From: Mizuhopecten yessoensis
Taxonomy: Eukaryota
Length of the DNA: 64,000 bases
Reading direction: 5' to 3'
NCBI RefSeq assembly: GCF_002113885.1
Contig: NW_018406776.1
Span: forward strand, 215,208-279,207
Positions 42,538 to 54,699 of the stretch are shown piece by piece. The notes beneath the pieces are model-generated. The model searched no databases and had not been told where the DNA came from. It saw nothing but the letters and a program-made list of their open reading frames with translations. Made by a program: the position numbers and the translations under genes. Every line of letters begins with the position of its first letter. Position 1 is the first letter of the stretch.

Positions 42538-42975
42538 TTATAGAAAAAGTAAGATTAACGACCGACTAAAATACTAGCTGCTTTCACCCTTCACAGGGCC
42601 CTTCGGGTTTATTCAAAAGAACAGCTTCGTGACGTCACACTTACATGTCACCACACCACAATAGTAACATGACGTTACGAAGTATACAAGATTGGTGGAC
42701 AATTGGTGTGATGACATGTAATTGTGACGTCACGAAGTTGTTCTTTTGAATATATATTGTCCACCATTTTTGTGTACTTCGTGACGTCACGTTACTATTG
42801 TAGTGTGATGACATGTAATTGTGACGTCACGGAGTTGTTCTTTTGAATAAACCTGAAGAGCCCTGTGAAAGGTGAAAGCAGGTAGTTTTTTAGTCGGTCG
42901 TTAATCTTATTTTTTCTATATTTACTTCCTTCACATGGACATTTAATCCTTTTTTATTATACATATTTATATATT
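42538..42975. mobile_element. Imperfect fold-back element (arms about 42538-42702 and 42755-42921), probably inverted Penelope-like pseudo-LTRs
   Basis: About 165-bp diverged inverted arms around an extra partial copy of about 50 bp. TA-rich flanks. AATAAAC + hammerhead core + T-rich tail. Confidence 0.7.
42845..42891 (+). ncRNA. Minimal type I hammerhead ribozyme motif (variant copy on the - strand at about 42568-42614)
   Basis: Stem I AAAC/GUUU; CUGAAGA 42853-42859; stem II GCCCU-GUGA-A(A/G)GGU; GAAA 42874-42877; UA cleavage site 42883-42884. The consensus of the two arms is fully canonical. Confidence 0.65.
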
Positions 42976-44778
42976 TCCAAATTAAACCGCGGCTTGGAGA
43001 TGTATCTGATTACAGTCAGATTTTTTCAGGAACATCCTATTTTCGAAAAAGTAGTATTAACATGGATCATGCATTTTAACTAAATACGGGATTGTCGTGA
43101 CCTGCCTTGTGACTGTGTCAGAGCCGATCATAACACAGACAAATCATAAGATGTGTTTTACGAATGTATTAATAAACATTGTTCATGTATACTTGATGGT
43201 CTCGCCTTAGTGGACAATCAATCCACTATCTATTGCTACATACGTGCCTCTCTTTTACGTTCGTAATTGCTACTCTGTATAAACCCTCCGTGTGTCTCTG
43301 TAATATACTGTACGTTAACGGGCCGATGTATCAGATTTGTCATTCAATCAGAATCGACGTCCATCAGCGCTATTGACAGTTAAGCAAATGCCGCTTTGGT
43401 AACTGTTCTTAATAGTAAGATTTAGTGAACTGGACACGTCTTACCAGTACAGAAAGGGGTTGATAAACGGATTGCAATGCTCTGTTTCTCTCTGGTGCGT
43501 GATTACAATTCGAATGAAACGGATTTCAGTGAGTACGACCTTATGAGCACCACTAAACAGGTTGTGAACTTTAATCGTAATATTCTTATTTTGTATACGT
43601 TTTAGACGTAATCACATACAGTTTATGGTAAATGACATATCACTGTACTGCTCACTTACATTTATACGAAACGCACTTCTATTAAAAGAAATAATAACAT
43701 ATCTTGGTGCCTATAAGTTCCTTCTCGAGGATCAGCCATGCATTACACCTCCAGGGTATGGGATAAAGAACACTAAAAGTGTTCTTATTGGTTAATCCAT
43801 TTGGCTTTATGATTTGTAAGGTGTTTTTTGATTTTTTTTGTTTTTGTTTTTTTGAGTTAAGTACATGTCAAAGAAATATCGTTGAATAGTTGCTTAATTT
43901 ATTTACAGGCTATTTATACCCATGCCTATTGCATGGTCGGCGTGTCTATATGGCCTGTTCATTCTCACGTGTGTGTTTGTACGACAAAGTATTCCTAATA
44001 AGTACAGCAATATCAATTAATCTTTGATATAGATGACCAACTGGACATCAAGTGATTTCGGAACATCAACCCGTTTTATAACATTCTTTTACACGCTTTC
44101 ATCATATAATTCCTCAACGCCGGATCAGCTACAAAAATATGTTCATTTGGTTAATTCTGACCTATGAGATAAATATTTAATGTACTCGAAACCATGACAC
44201 ATATAAAGAGTGTTTTAGATTCATTGGATAAATAGCTTTTATGATTTCGGTAACCCCTCTTAAACTCATAAAAAAAGCTGTACAAATTGATGTGGTATCT
44301 ATCTCTGTAACAAAGTCTAAAGCGTACGCCTTGTGCAGGTCAATGGAATTATAGTGTCAATATTATCGAACATTATGAAATTTCGAGTTTCTTCAAGAGT
44401 CAGGTACATACTTTCTGGAATATGCTTTTGTCTTTGCAACGTTATGTCAAGAATACATTGCAAACGATCATAGTGCAGACGGTACTTGCGAAAGGACTGT
44501 TTTACTGCTTTGCAATTAATGTTTTCGACTCCCTCGTGTCCGTGACGTTTACAATGGTCTAGGCGTCCGAAGCGGTCAATAGTTTTATCTGGCCAAGCTA
44601 AAGCCTTTGAGTTATTACATGTACTCGGTTAGAATGCACAAGATCAAAATAACGTTTAAACATAATAATTGAAATAACGTTTCAACAAACGATGAGCTAG
44701 TTTTCAAAACTAAAAATAGAGATCATATTGAAGTACCTATACCGCACGTTAGTATTTCTCACGCTAGGTACATTGTAC

Positions 44779-44957
44779 ATTCTGTCAGCTTGATCAGGCG
44801 ACTGATCAGTCCATGGTGAATATAACAAGGTAAAACCAAGGTACGACGTTACCAAGGTGGTTCAATTAGTGATGCCTTTGGCATCTCCTCATACACTAGC
44901 ACTACCTAGCCATAGTGCCGTTTGACTGATCAATCGTCTGGTAAAGTTGACAGAGTA
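44779..44957. mobile_element. MITE-like element with about 31-bp imperfect TIRs
   Basis: Left end tctgtcagcttgatcaggcgactgatcagtc; reverse complement of the right end tctgtcaactttaccagacgattgatcagtc. tac/gta at the outer ends. Confidence 0.6.
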
Positions 44958-47519
44958 CAAACGTCACTAATCCCAGAAACGAGTTCAATATATCTCTTTC
45001 TTGTTGCATGTACTTAAATAATACTTTTTTTTTTAATCACCAGGCTGTAGAACATACTTTGACCTTATAATGACGGTCATCCTATTATTTTGGTTAGAAT
45101 GATTATATTTCATAATTGTAAAGCTGAATTTGTGGTTACAGGGACCGGAAAAAAGACATTTAGAGCAAGACAAAGTCGAGAACAATATCACTTGTCAGGT
45201 CCATGCTACAACATATTCACCGAAACAAAATCCTTAATTGTTTTATATAAGATAAAAACTGGTTCTGTATTCTGTCATTAAAGATGGTGAAGTGTATGAT
45301 ATTCAAGAGAAAATATCTGTATTTGGCTGGTGACGTTGTGATCTTGCAATTGAAGTGACGACATAAAGAGAGTATGGGTCTGATGGTCCTTAACAAAAAC
45401 AAGCATCGAGTAAACAGCGCATATCACCAACCTCGTCGTCAATGGAAAACCATAACAGTTTGTCGAAATAATTTCAAGATTGAATCACCAAAAATTATAA
45501 CAAAACACCACAAGTATAAATTGATAACGCACTGTTTAATCTCGCACCATCATACATTGTGCATGTATATTTGATCGTCATTCTGTCAATCAGAAATCTC
45601 CAGAAGCTCCTTCGTTGCTCTATAAGGAAACAGTTTTGACAAGCCAGCCCGCTAGAGTAAAGCCACCTCAATAAAAAGTTAAAATGAAAGTTCACATACA
45701 TGTAGTAAGTAAACATTTCAGAAAAATAAATTCTAAAAATCTCATCATTTTATGTAAGAATGTTAGCTTAATCGACAGTAAATGTTGTTGACATAATCTC
45801 AAAAGTGTTGCTTCAAAACGGTGCACACAGCTTGACAAATTAAAATTGTTAAATTCAATACTACTAAAAGGCAGATGGATTTTGCAGTAATATCAAACGC
45901 TCACTTCCGGATTGATTAATGTATCGAAAACCACAACAATTACAGCAAATATCAGCAGATTTCTCATCTGTGAGACATAAATTATTACACAACATTCTTA
46001 AAAGGATAAGAGAATATAAGATAAAGAATTAATGTGAGTTTATCAAGCTTAAGAACTCACAAATGAGTCATTGCACGTAACAAAAGCAGGTCTAATAACG
46101 TCATATTGTTGAAGCCTAATTAAAGCATTGGACGGTACGGAAAGAAACTGTGTGAATGCAGTATACGCCCGATGATATTGAGAGGTATGTATTAAAACAT
46201 CAACATTGCCAGTAGTATTGGTGTTCTCTTTTAGTACTAACCTCAGTGGGGCGCTTAAAGAAGTGGATACTTTTCTCTGAAATTGATCTCTGGCGAGGTT
46301 TCATTTGACCATACGTCTGCCTGCGTCATAAGTAAGCCCCCAAACCACGGGACTCAAAGCAAGTCAGTTATCTGTGCAATCTCGTGTGTTTCGTTTGTGA
46401 TATTTCCGAGTGTACACTTGTTGCATCGATCTGATAAGATTCATCCATATAATCTCACTCCATTAGAGCAAGACACAATACAGGGTGAAATCTCCAGCAA
46501 TATTCATTATTCATACGGAGATAGAAACAGGAGAAACATATCTACATAGATGCACATTTAGTAAATACACTTTATTGGAATTGGAGATATCATTCCATGC
46601 ATTTCTATGAAACATTTGTACAAGAGATGACTTGACTTGCTGCCTTTACCATTGTGTGTTGTCATTTACGTTAAGCCGACTGTAATAACAGGGGCATTAT
46701 ATCTGGCATTTCTGCATTGAATTGCATTTGTGTTTTAGAAAGACAAAAAGGAAATGGTTCTGCAAAATATTTCGACCCCAACTAACTCTTCGAAAACAGT
46801 TCATCAATATTTATTATCATTAAGAATCACTTATATTTCTGTCGATAAATCAAAGTTATAATGAATTATTAAAGGAAACACAATGCAGACTTTGGTGAAG
46901 ATTTAGCAGTATAGTGGTATGGTTTGCCTTACATTCTTTCTGTTTCTAAAATTTGCCAATTAAGTTTGCATTCTAGTAATTCAACGGTATGTGAAACGCT
47001 TCCGATATGTTTTATGATTTACCTGTTGCTACAATGTACATGTAATAACAATTTTTGAATTTGTAAAGGTGGAAAAAATATCATGTTGGTAAGCAAATAT
47101 GATAGATTTCCATTTTGCTTGTTGCTCAACAGAGCAGGTATCACCATTATCAGTATCATTTAACTAGGATCACTCTGTATACGTTTTGAAACTTTACTAT
47201 CGAACCAACTACTAGAACAAACTTTTCAGTTTCACGATATGGAGTAGATGATGTACTCAGAGGCTCAAGTTATTTCAAAGTTTTTACAATCTTAGACCTG
47301 GAGCATTACATACCAAATTCTTAGGAATATTTTTAAATTTTGTACTACTTGTATAACCAATATGATGGACGAAAATGATTATTGATATACTCAAATTATT
47401 ATGAAAACAGATTTGCTTGGAATACTAGGACTCCCATCGAAGGCTGCAGGTTGTTCCAGACTATAGAAAGCTTTATGGCGCATTCCTCATTGCTTTTGGG
47501 ATTATTTCAATATCAGTCA

Positions 47520-47800
47520 CCCCGATAAGAATTTTTCAGACTTTGCAAAGTATGCCTTGGTCAATTACATTAAACGCACGGGACAAGTCCAGCATGGCAG
47601 GCACCGCTCTACACTTGTTATCTAAGGAGGAAGCGGTGTCTTTGTTAACATGAAGGACGAACGCTATTTGTACCAAGCGATAGGCCGATTGCAGATTGAC
47701 ATGGAGACTGAACGGAAAGGAACAACTCGATGCTGAGACGCAGTATTCTCGAAGATCTTAGATAAGATAACAGAGGTTTGAAAATAGTTGACGTTAAAAT
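47520..47800 (-). mobile_element. Highly decayed LINE RT fragment
   Basis: Minus-strand LSKIFE...QSA... and LDNKCRAVPAMLDLSRAFNVIDQGIL, resembling LDLSKAFDxIDH. Confidence 0.5.
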
Positions 47801-48489
47801 CACGAAGATTTGTGAATAATCTCTTCTGATGGTTCTTAATATCTTCATTGAGTTTTAATATCTGACAAGATAGCCTATGACTATTTAATGAGCATAGTCC
47901 ATTCATTGTACGGTTAAACATCAAATTTATTATAACAGATTTTTTTTTTTCTCTCAAAATGATGAATATATTATTATAATAAAAGTCTACCAAAATTGAC
48001 ACTGTTGAAATATTTTCTTATCAGCATTAAGATCAATGAAATAATATCAGTTATATACTTGGCTTTTGAAGAAAACAGCAAAGCCAACTAAAGTATAATA
48101 ATTATTTGATATAATCATCAGATTAAAAATCTTGAAATAATATTATGTCTTTTGCTGCCTTGTTGTAAATAGAAATACATATAAGGTTCTCTAAATAGCA
48201 ATATTGGTGTTTGACCAATCGATTGAATAAGATATTTGTATTTAAATTGCATACATGATCAATGATGCTTTCACAAGTCCCCCAAAGTTATCGACCTTTC
48301 AACTTGCATTTGTCAACAGACCTGCATTTGAGCTATTATTAAGCCCAAATTGAACGATATTGCTCATTTATGCACCATGCAATTTAAAATAACACACAAG
48401 GAAATAATTACAAACTTTATTAACTCATGAAGAGAAATACTAGCATTATTGAAGATCTAAGTTGTTTATGTGATGATCTTGAACAAAAT

Positions 48490-48730
48490 TTGATCACAGT
48501 TTTTAATTATTTTATGGGTTTTTTATGCAGATGATATAAACTCGTTTGCTGAAACTGTTAAAGCTTAACAATTACAAAAAGAGTAAGACTTGGAAGTTGT
48601 GAAAAGTAATGCCATTTTGTTCCAAAACAGTTCAGATGGTAATGTGATTAAAAACGGAAAAAAGGAAATCTTTCATTTAAATATCAATATTATTTTGTAT
48701 GTAACTATGAAGCTTAAACACCTAAATGTT
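48490..48730 (+). mobile_element. Highly decayed LINE RT fragment
   Basis: FYADDINSFAETVKA*Q near 48520-48570 resembles LYADD...AE...LQ. Confidence 0.35.
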
Positions 48731-50793
48731 AATGAAATTGGGTATTTACAAATATTGATATTTTCTTTATATTTTACTTCAAGAGATCTTCAACAGTTTC
48801 TATCAATGTCTCTCCGGGTTTGACTTCTGAAAACAAATTATTTTATTTTTTTAACAAATGTCCTACTTATATTTGATTTTCTATCAATGAGAAAAGGTAC
48901 ATTATGTACATGCACAACCTCCGGGATGAGAAGTTATCATAGAATTTTACCCATCAATGATATGATCTTCGTTTGTGGAAGTTACTTGACATCCAAGGTG
49001 AATTTCAGCATGTTCTTAAAGACACACGTAAATGAGCGGGGAAAGTACAGACTCGCTGTATGAAATCGCTTTGCTGTATGAGGTACAGAATCGATGCTTT
49101 TCATTTTGCTGCTGAGGGAACATTAAAGAAACAACTAAAAATTATATGCAGAACTACATTAAATGCTCTCAGAATTCCTATCCAAAATCCAATGGCAAGT
49201 TTTAGTAGACACAAAACAACGTTCAATGCAAAGAGAATGAACAATGATACATGCCATGGCTTCATCTGAAATAGGTCTTAACAACAGCACTTACGATAAA
49301 CCATGAAAATAACATCCGTTCCATTTACATGTATGAGCGAAATGATCGATAGCGTTCCAATTGAGCAGTAATATGTAGATTGTATAAGAAACCGTTTTAT
49401 GATACCATAAAATACCTGATTATAGACCGTCCTAGTACGTTTATTTTGAAGGGTACCTTTATGTAAAAAGTAGTGGATTATTATGGTGTTTAGCCAAATG
49501 TACATGTAAATATCACAAACTTAACAGAGGAATGCCTACGTCAGACAATCTTCAAAGAAACCGCTCCAAATTTTGTGTTTGAAAACAGTAATTTGACAAG
49601 GGGATTTACATATATGAGAGACTGTGCATGTCTACCGAGGAAAACAGCAAACAAATAGTATCGTGTTGGTTAAGTATAGGTATAAACAATTAGGTCGAGA
49701 AAATATCTGACAGCTTTGATGTTTTCTTTCTCACCATGAAGATATACATGTGACTCTGCTGTTATTTTCACTAAAATAACATATTTTAAGGAATAAAATT
49801 TGATGTAGAGTATAATCCTACTCTAGATCTCCGAAGGTGTGTATATCGTACTTACTGTCTGAATGCGTTCAAAATACCACTCACGAAAGGCATACCTGCT
49901 TTCTCAATGAGTACAACGCACTGATCTCTAAAACTGTACCTACTGTAGGCAGACGTACATATTGTACATACTGTCTGAAGACATGACTATTGTATCTACA
50001 AAAGATAAACAAATAATAATAATAATGTAAAAACAAAACCATCTTATAATTTGTTTTATTGCCTTACAAGTAACGCTGACGTCATGTTTTATTTCAATCA
50101 AGCAAATCCAAACACTAAAGATATCGCTCGTCAACGCATGCAATCAGCTTTTGACAGATTAACAAACACTTTTTTTAAAACACCTTCGCGATAAACAAGT
50201 TCATCGGAACATTCTGACCATGAGCTTAAATTAAAAAAAAACTTGTTTGAATGCAAAATTGAAATCTAAAACCTGTTTATAATTATTTCTACATATTACA
50301 TGTACACGTTATTGCTTTAATCGAAACCAAACAAAATGAATACACATCACGCTTGAGTGCTAGATTAATTAAATATGAACAATGTTACATCTGTTTGTAG
50401 ATAATAGCAACTTAGCATCACCTGGTGTTGTACAATGTAATAAGATACATTTATGCTGACCATAAACAGTACTTTGATATGAGGTGTCATAGACAAGTTA
50501 TTAGAATATGAACACAAGTAAATGGTCTCCGTGGGTCAAAACCTGACAGGAACGAGGTGTCATAAACAGCGCCTTTGTTAAGAGTGCATGTGTTATCACT
50601 CTCCAGAGACACAACTGATAATTGACCACGGCCCGATGTCGTGCCGATGGAGTATAAATGTACTTTGGGTTGTCTCCCGTTGACCGATTGTTGTACTATA
50701 TGTTGTAGGTATAGCTTACGGAAAGGTTACGTCGAGTGGGGCGTATACAAATAAACATAAGTTGAAAGTATTTTTGATTCATATCAAAGCGAC

Positions 50794-52311
50794 CAAGTTC
50801 AAGTTCAAGTTCTTTAAGTCGGTTGACTTATCAGTTATAACATACAGAGTCAACATACAATATGATACACACACACACACACCATGGAGAGTGAACACTA
50901 ACCAGCAATCAGTTCAGATCTCCTTTTGTTTTGCTTGTATTAAAAATTTTCCCAGATTTCTAATGTCGGATACATTCTCACAAGTAAGCAGTTGAATTAA
51001 TTTAAACATGCTTGTATGTCTTACATAATATTTCTTAATTAGTTTCAACCTTATATCAATATAGCAAGGACATTTTAAAATAAAATGGAACTCATCCTCG
51101 ACATCATTCAGGTCACATACTGTACACAATCTGTTTTGTCTCTCAATTCTATTATATCTGCCACACTCAATATTTAACTTATGTGCAGACATTCGAATTT
51201 TGCATATTTGTTTTAAATAATTTATATTTACAGGTTTTGAAAAATAATACTGGTGATCAAAATTACATACATATTGATACAATGCTCCTTTAGGAGAAGA
51301 TTGAATTTTTTCAAAACATTCTTGTCTGAATATGTCACAAAGACGTTCTTTTATAATATGAAAAGTGCTATTAATTAAACTGGAGGATTCCCACACATTT
51401 CCAAGACCAATTCTGTATAATTCTTGTTTTACACTCATTAACCAAATGTCATTATTACAAAGCATATCATCATAGCATGACCTTAGAATGCAATTTCCTA
51501 CATTTCTCAGTTTTATCCAATATTTGAATATTCGTAATTTTTAACTATTTTCATGGGATATCTTCCAAGTTCATAATACACCATAACATTACTTTTTTTT
51601 TTTTTTTTTTATATAATCCTAATATTTGGTTGCAGAATCTCACATGAAATTTTTCGATGTCTGGTGCGGCATGGAAGCCCCATACTTCTGCTCCGTAACT
51701 TAAAACACTATTTACATAAGAATCAAAAACAGACAATTGAGTTTCTATATTTTTTTTTCTTTTTCTTACAAACATTTAATAATGCAAACAAAGCTTTTCT
51801 CCCCTGGTCAGCAACTTGCTTTTGAGTATGTCTAAATTTTCCGTTAAAATTCAATAGTACACCAATGTAATTGAATTGATCGACAACATCCAATTTATTT
51901 CCTTCGTAAAACCATATTTCATTTCCCCTTAATATCCCTCCATTTCTAAACACGACAATTTTTGTTTTCCCAGTATTTATGGTCAAATCCCATTTTTTGG
52001 TATAATATGCAAGAGAGTCTAACATTGTTTGCAAACCCTCTGGTGTTTCACACAAGTAAAAACATATTGATATCCTGTATTTCAATAGATGGACAATTAT
52101 CTGATAAAAACTGCATTTCACAATCATTTACATATATAGCAAACAGAAGGGGTGATAATATTTCCCCCTGAAATAATCCGTTTTCAATATCAAAAAATTC
52201 GGAGAGAGTACCATTATATTTAAAACAACATTTCACACTTTTATATAATGATCTGATAACTTTTAGAAGTTTACCTTCTACACCTTCTTTGATCATTTTA
52301 TACCATACATT
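50794..52311 (-). mobile_element. CR1/L2-group LINE, 3' part (host of the DIRS insertion)
   Basis: GLFQGEILSPLLFAIYVND, LTINTGKTKIVVFRNGG, YGAEVWG and RMSAHKLNIECGRY...CTVC...EDEFHFILKC. (GAACTT)n tail at 50794-50812. Confidence 0.92.
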
Positions 52312-52513
52312 TGAGGTTTCTCTTTTGAAACCAATTTCTATTATAAATACTTACCACAGTCATTATAATGCATATTCCAACCTTACTTGGCTCTTTACAT
52401 ACGTAAATAAAGAATTTCCCCCCCATGGGGAACCCCTGGGAAACCCACCAATCAGACGGCAGTATTCACGCACGTGATAAGACACGAAGCCATGCTTCCC
52501 ACTTCATAATTCC
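52312..52513 (-). repeat. DIRS 3' ITR including terminal extension
   Basis: 52350-52513 is the reverse complement of about 57377-57522. 52312-52349 is unique to this end and mirrored in the ICR. Confidence 0.92.
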
Positions 52514-52569
52514 AAAGCCCAAAAAAGTGAGAGCCAAGGAGACAAGGGGAGGCTGGGAGGGAACTCACC

Positions 52570-52662
52570 TAATGACTGTGGTAAGTATTTATAATAGAAA
52601 TTGGTTTCACAAGAGAAACCTCAATTCTATTTCAAAATACGTTACCACAGTCATTATAATGC
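52570..52662 (-). repeat. DIRS internal complementary region (ICR)
   Basis: taatgactgtggtaag...gagaaacctca pairs with about 52312-52366, and attctatttcaaaatacgttaccacagtcattataatgc pairs with 57502-57540. Together they form a copy of the circle junction. Confidence 0.92.
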
Positions 52663-52822
52663 GAATTCGACTTACCGCAGTGGTGTCTCCGTGGAGCGAT
52701 GAAGGGTTCCAACAATAGGACCCATACCCCCGGAGGAAAAATTCAAAATACCCTTTCCTTTTGTGACACAAAGCCTGATTACGACCAGCGTTCCGGATCA
52801 CGCGGAGAAGACATAATGAGGC

Positions 52823-52963
52823 TTATGCAAAAGAAGAGGGAGGACAGACAACGGACTGGGCAGCCACAAGAGGGCCCAAAGAATACAATCCGTCAGACTG
52901 TCCCGACAAAGATCGGAGATAGAACTCCGTAAACGTAGAATGACCCCTCCAAACAGCAGCTGT
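52823..52963 (-). pseudogene. C-terminal tail of DIRS tyrosine recombinase
   Basis: TAAVWRGHSTFTEFYLR...LGPLVAAQSVV matches the DIRS YR W-x3-TF-x3-Y catalytic-tyrosine segment. It begins immediately after N52964. Confidence 0.8.
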
Positions 52964-52964
52964 N

Positions 52965-54493
52965 GAACAGATCCACATGGGGTCTGTCCCAAACCAGGCA
53001 AAGAGACCGGAACACCGAACGCTTGAGGGTCCATTCGGTGAGAACCGGGCTCCGAGACCGAGACAGAGTGTCGGCCAGAACATTCAGACGACCTGGAAGG
53101 TGCCTCACCGTGAGATCGAGACTGATCTCCTGACACAGCAACAGGACCTGGGTGGATAAAGCACACAGAGCCGGGGAACGGGTGCCCCCCTGGCGCTGCA
53201 GATAAGCCACCACAGTGGAGTTGTCTGTAGCCAGACAAATGGCCTTGCCCTGCAGGGAGGGTCGAAGACCCCGAAGGGCCAACAGAACAGCACGCATTTC
53301 CAGAACATTGATGTGTTCTGAAAGCTGTTCCCCTGACCACACCCCCGCCGACGTCTGACCGGAAAGGTATGCACCCCAACCGGTCATGGACGCGTCGGTG
53401 TAAAGGGTCATAGCAGGAGATGCCCGAACCAGAGGAACTCCTGCCAAGACATTGCTCTTGAGAGTCCACCAACGAGCTGATTCCTTCACTGACTCCGGCA
53501 GAGGAATGTACACATCCCACTGTCGAGACGCCGGAGACCAAACTGACAGAAGGAACAGCTGGAGCGGACGGATGTGAAGCCGACCCAAGGGAACCACATC
53601 CGCCAATGAATTCAGGTAACCGAGGAACCGAAGGAACCATCGGACCTGAATTCGCTCCACACCGACCAGAACGGAGACCAACAGAGAGGCCTTCTCGAAC
53701 TTGGACACTGGTGGAAGGACAAACCCCAGATCGGTTCTGAACCGATAACCGAGGAAAACAAAATCTTGAGAGGGGAGAACCTCCGACTTCTCCCTGGAAG
53801 GGATGAACCCTAGGCGGCACAGAACGCCCAGAACCGACCTCGTGCTCCGGGACAGGATAACTGGATCCACTTGGAGCAACAGGGAGTCGTCGAAGTAGAT
53901 GTGTGCATCTACCCCGAGACTGTGGAGGTGCCCCACTACTACCTGCAACAACTTGGTGAAAACCAAGGGGGCCGTAGTGAGGCCGAAGGGCATAGCGCGA
54001 AACTGGTAAACCTTCTGCTCGAAAGTGAACCTGAGGAACTTCCTGGCCGACCTCCTCACCGGGATGTGAAAGTAAGCATCCTTCAGATCGATGCGCCGTG
54101 GCGTTTCCATCTGGATGTGCGGGAATCGACGTACGTGTTGAACGTACTGAGGTCGATAATAGGCCTCCAGGCACCGGACTTCTTCTTCACGAGGAAGACC
54201 AGGGAGTAAAACCCTGGAGACCACTGGTCCGATGAAAGTTCCACGATCGCGCCCTTCGCGATCATGGCCTGAACCTCTGACCTGAGAGCCTCCACCTTTC
54301 CCGGATCGGAAGGAGAAGGGAAAAAGATAGGCTCTCGCGCCAGAGGTGGATCCCGAAGAAGCGGGATGCGGAGACCCTTGGACACAACCCCTAGGGCCCA
54401 ACTGTCTGATGTGATTTCTTTCCACTGAGGAACGAAATGGGACAGCCGACCGCCTACTGGCAAGTTCGGAAGGGGCCAATCTAGCCCTTCCAA
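52965..54493 (-). pseudogene. DIRS pol: RT + RNase H + start of DAM-like methyltransferase domain (frameshift and short deletion near 54090-54125)
   Basis: RT: VGGRLSHF...W, GFYSLVFLVKKKSGAWRPIIDL, IDLKDAYFHIPV, MPFGLTTAP, YFDD. RNase H: TDASMTGWGA, HINVLEMRAV, TDNSTV, NVLADTLSR. MT start: EWTL...VDLF. Confidence 0.93.
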
Positions 54494-54699
54494 ACCACAT
54501 CGACGGACCTCCCGCGCCCAAGGGGGTGAGAGCGGCGACAGACAGTGGACAAGGAGTTAGCAAGGGCAAGGAAGAGCCAGGAACCCTTCCTACCTCTGGA
54601 AAATTTGGCTTTGCCTCGACCCCTATGGGAACCCCTACCACGGAAGGAAGATTTCCGACGTTCTGCCGGAGCGGAAGTCGGAGGGGCAGCCTGCTGCTG

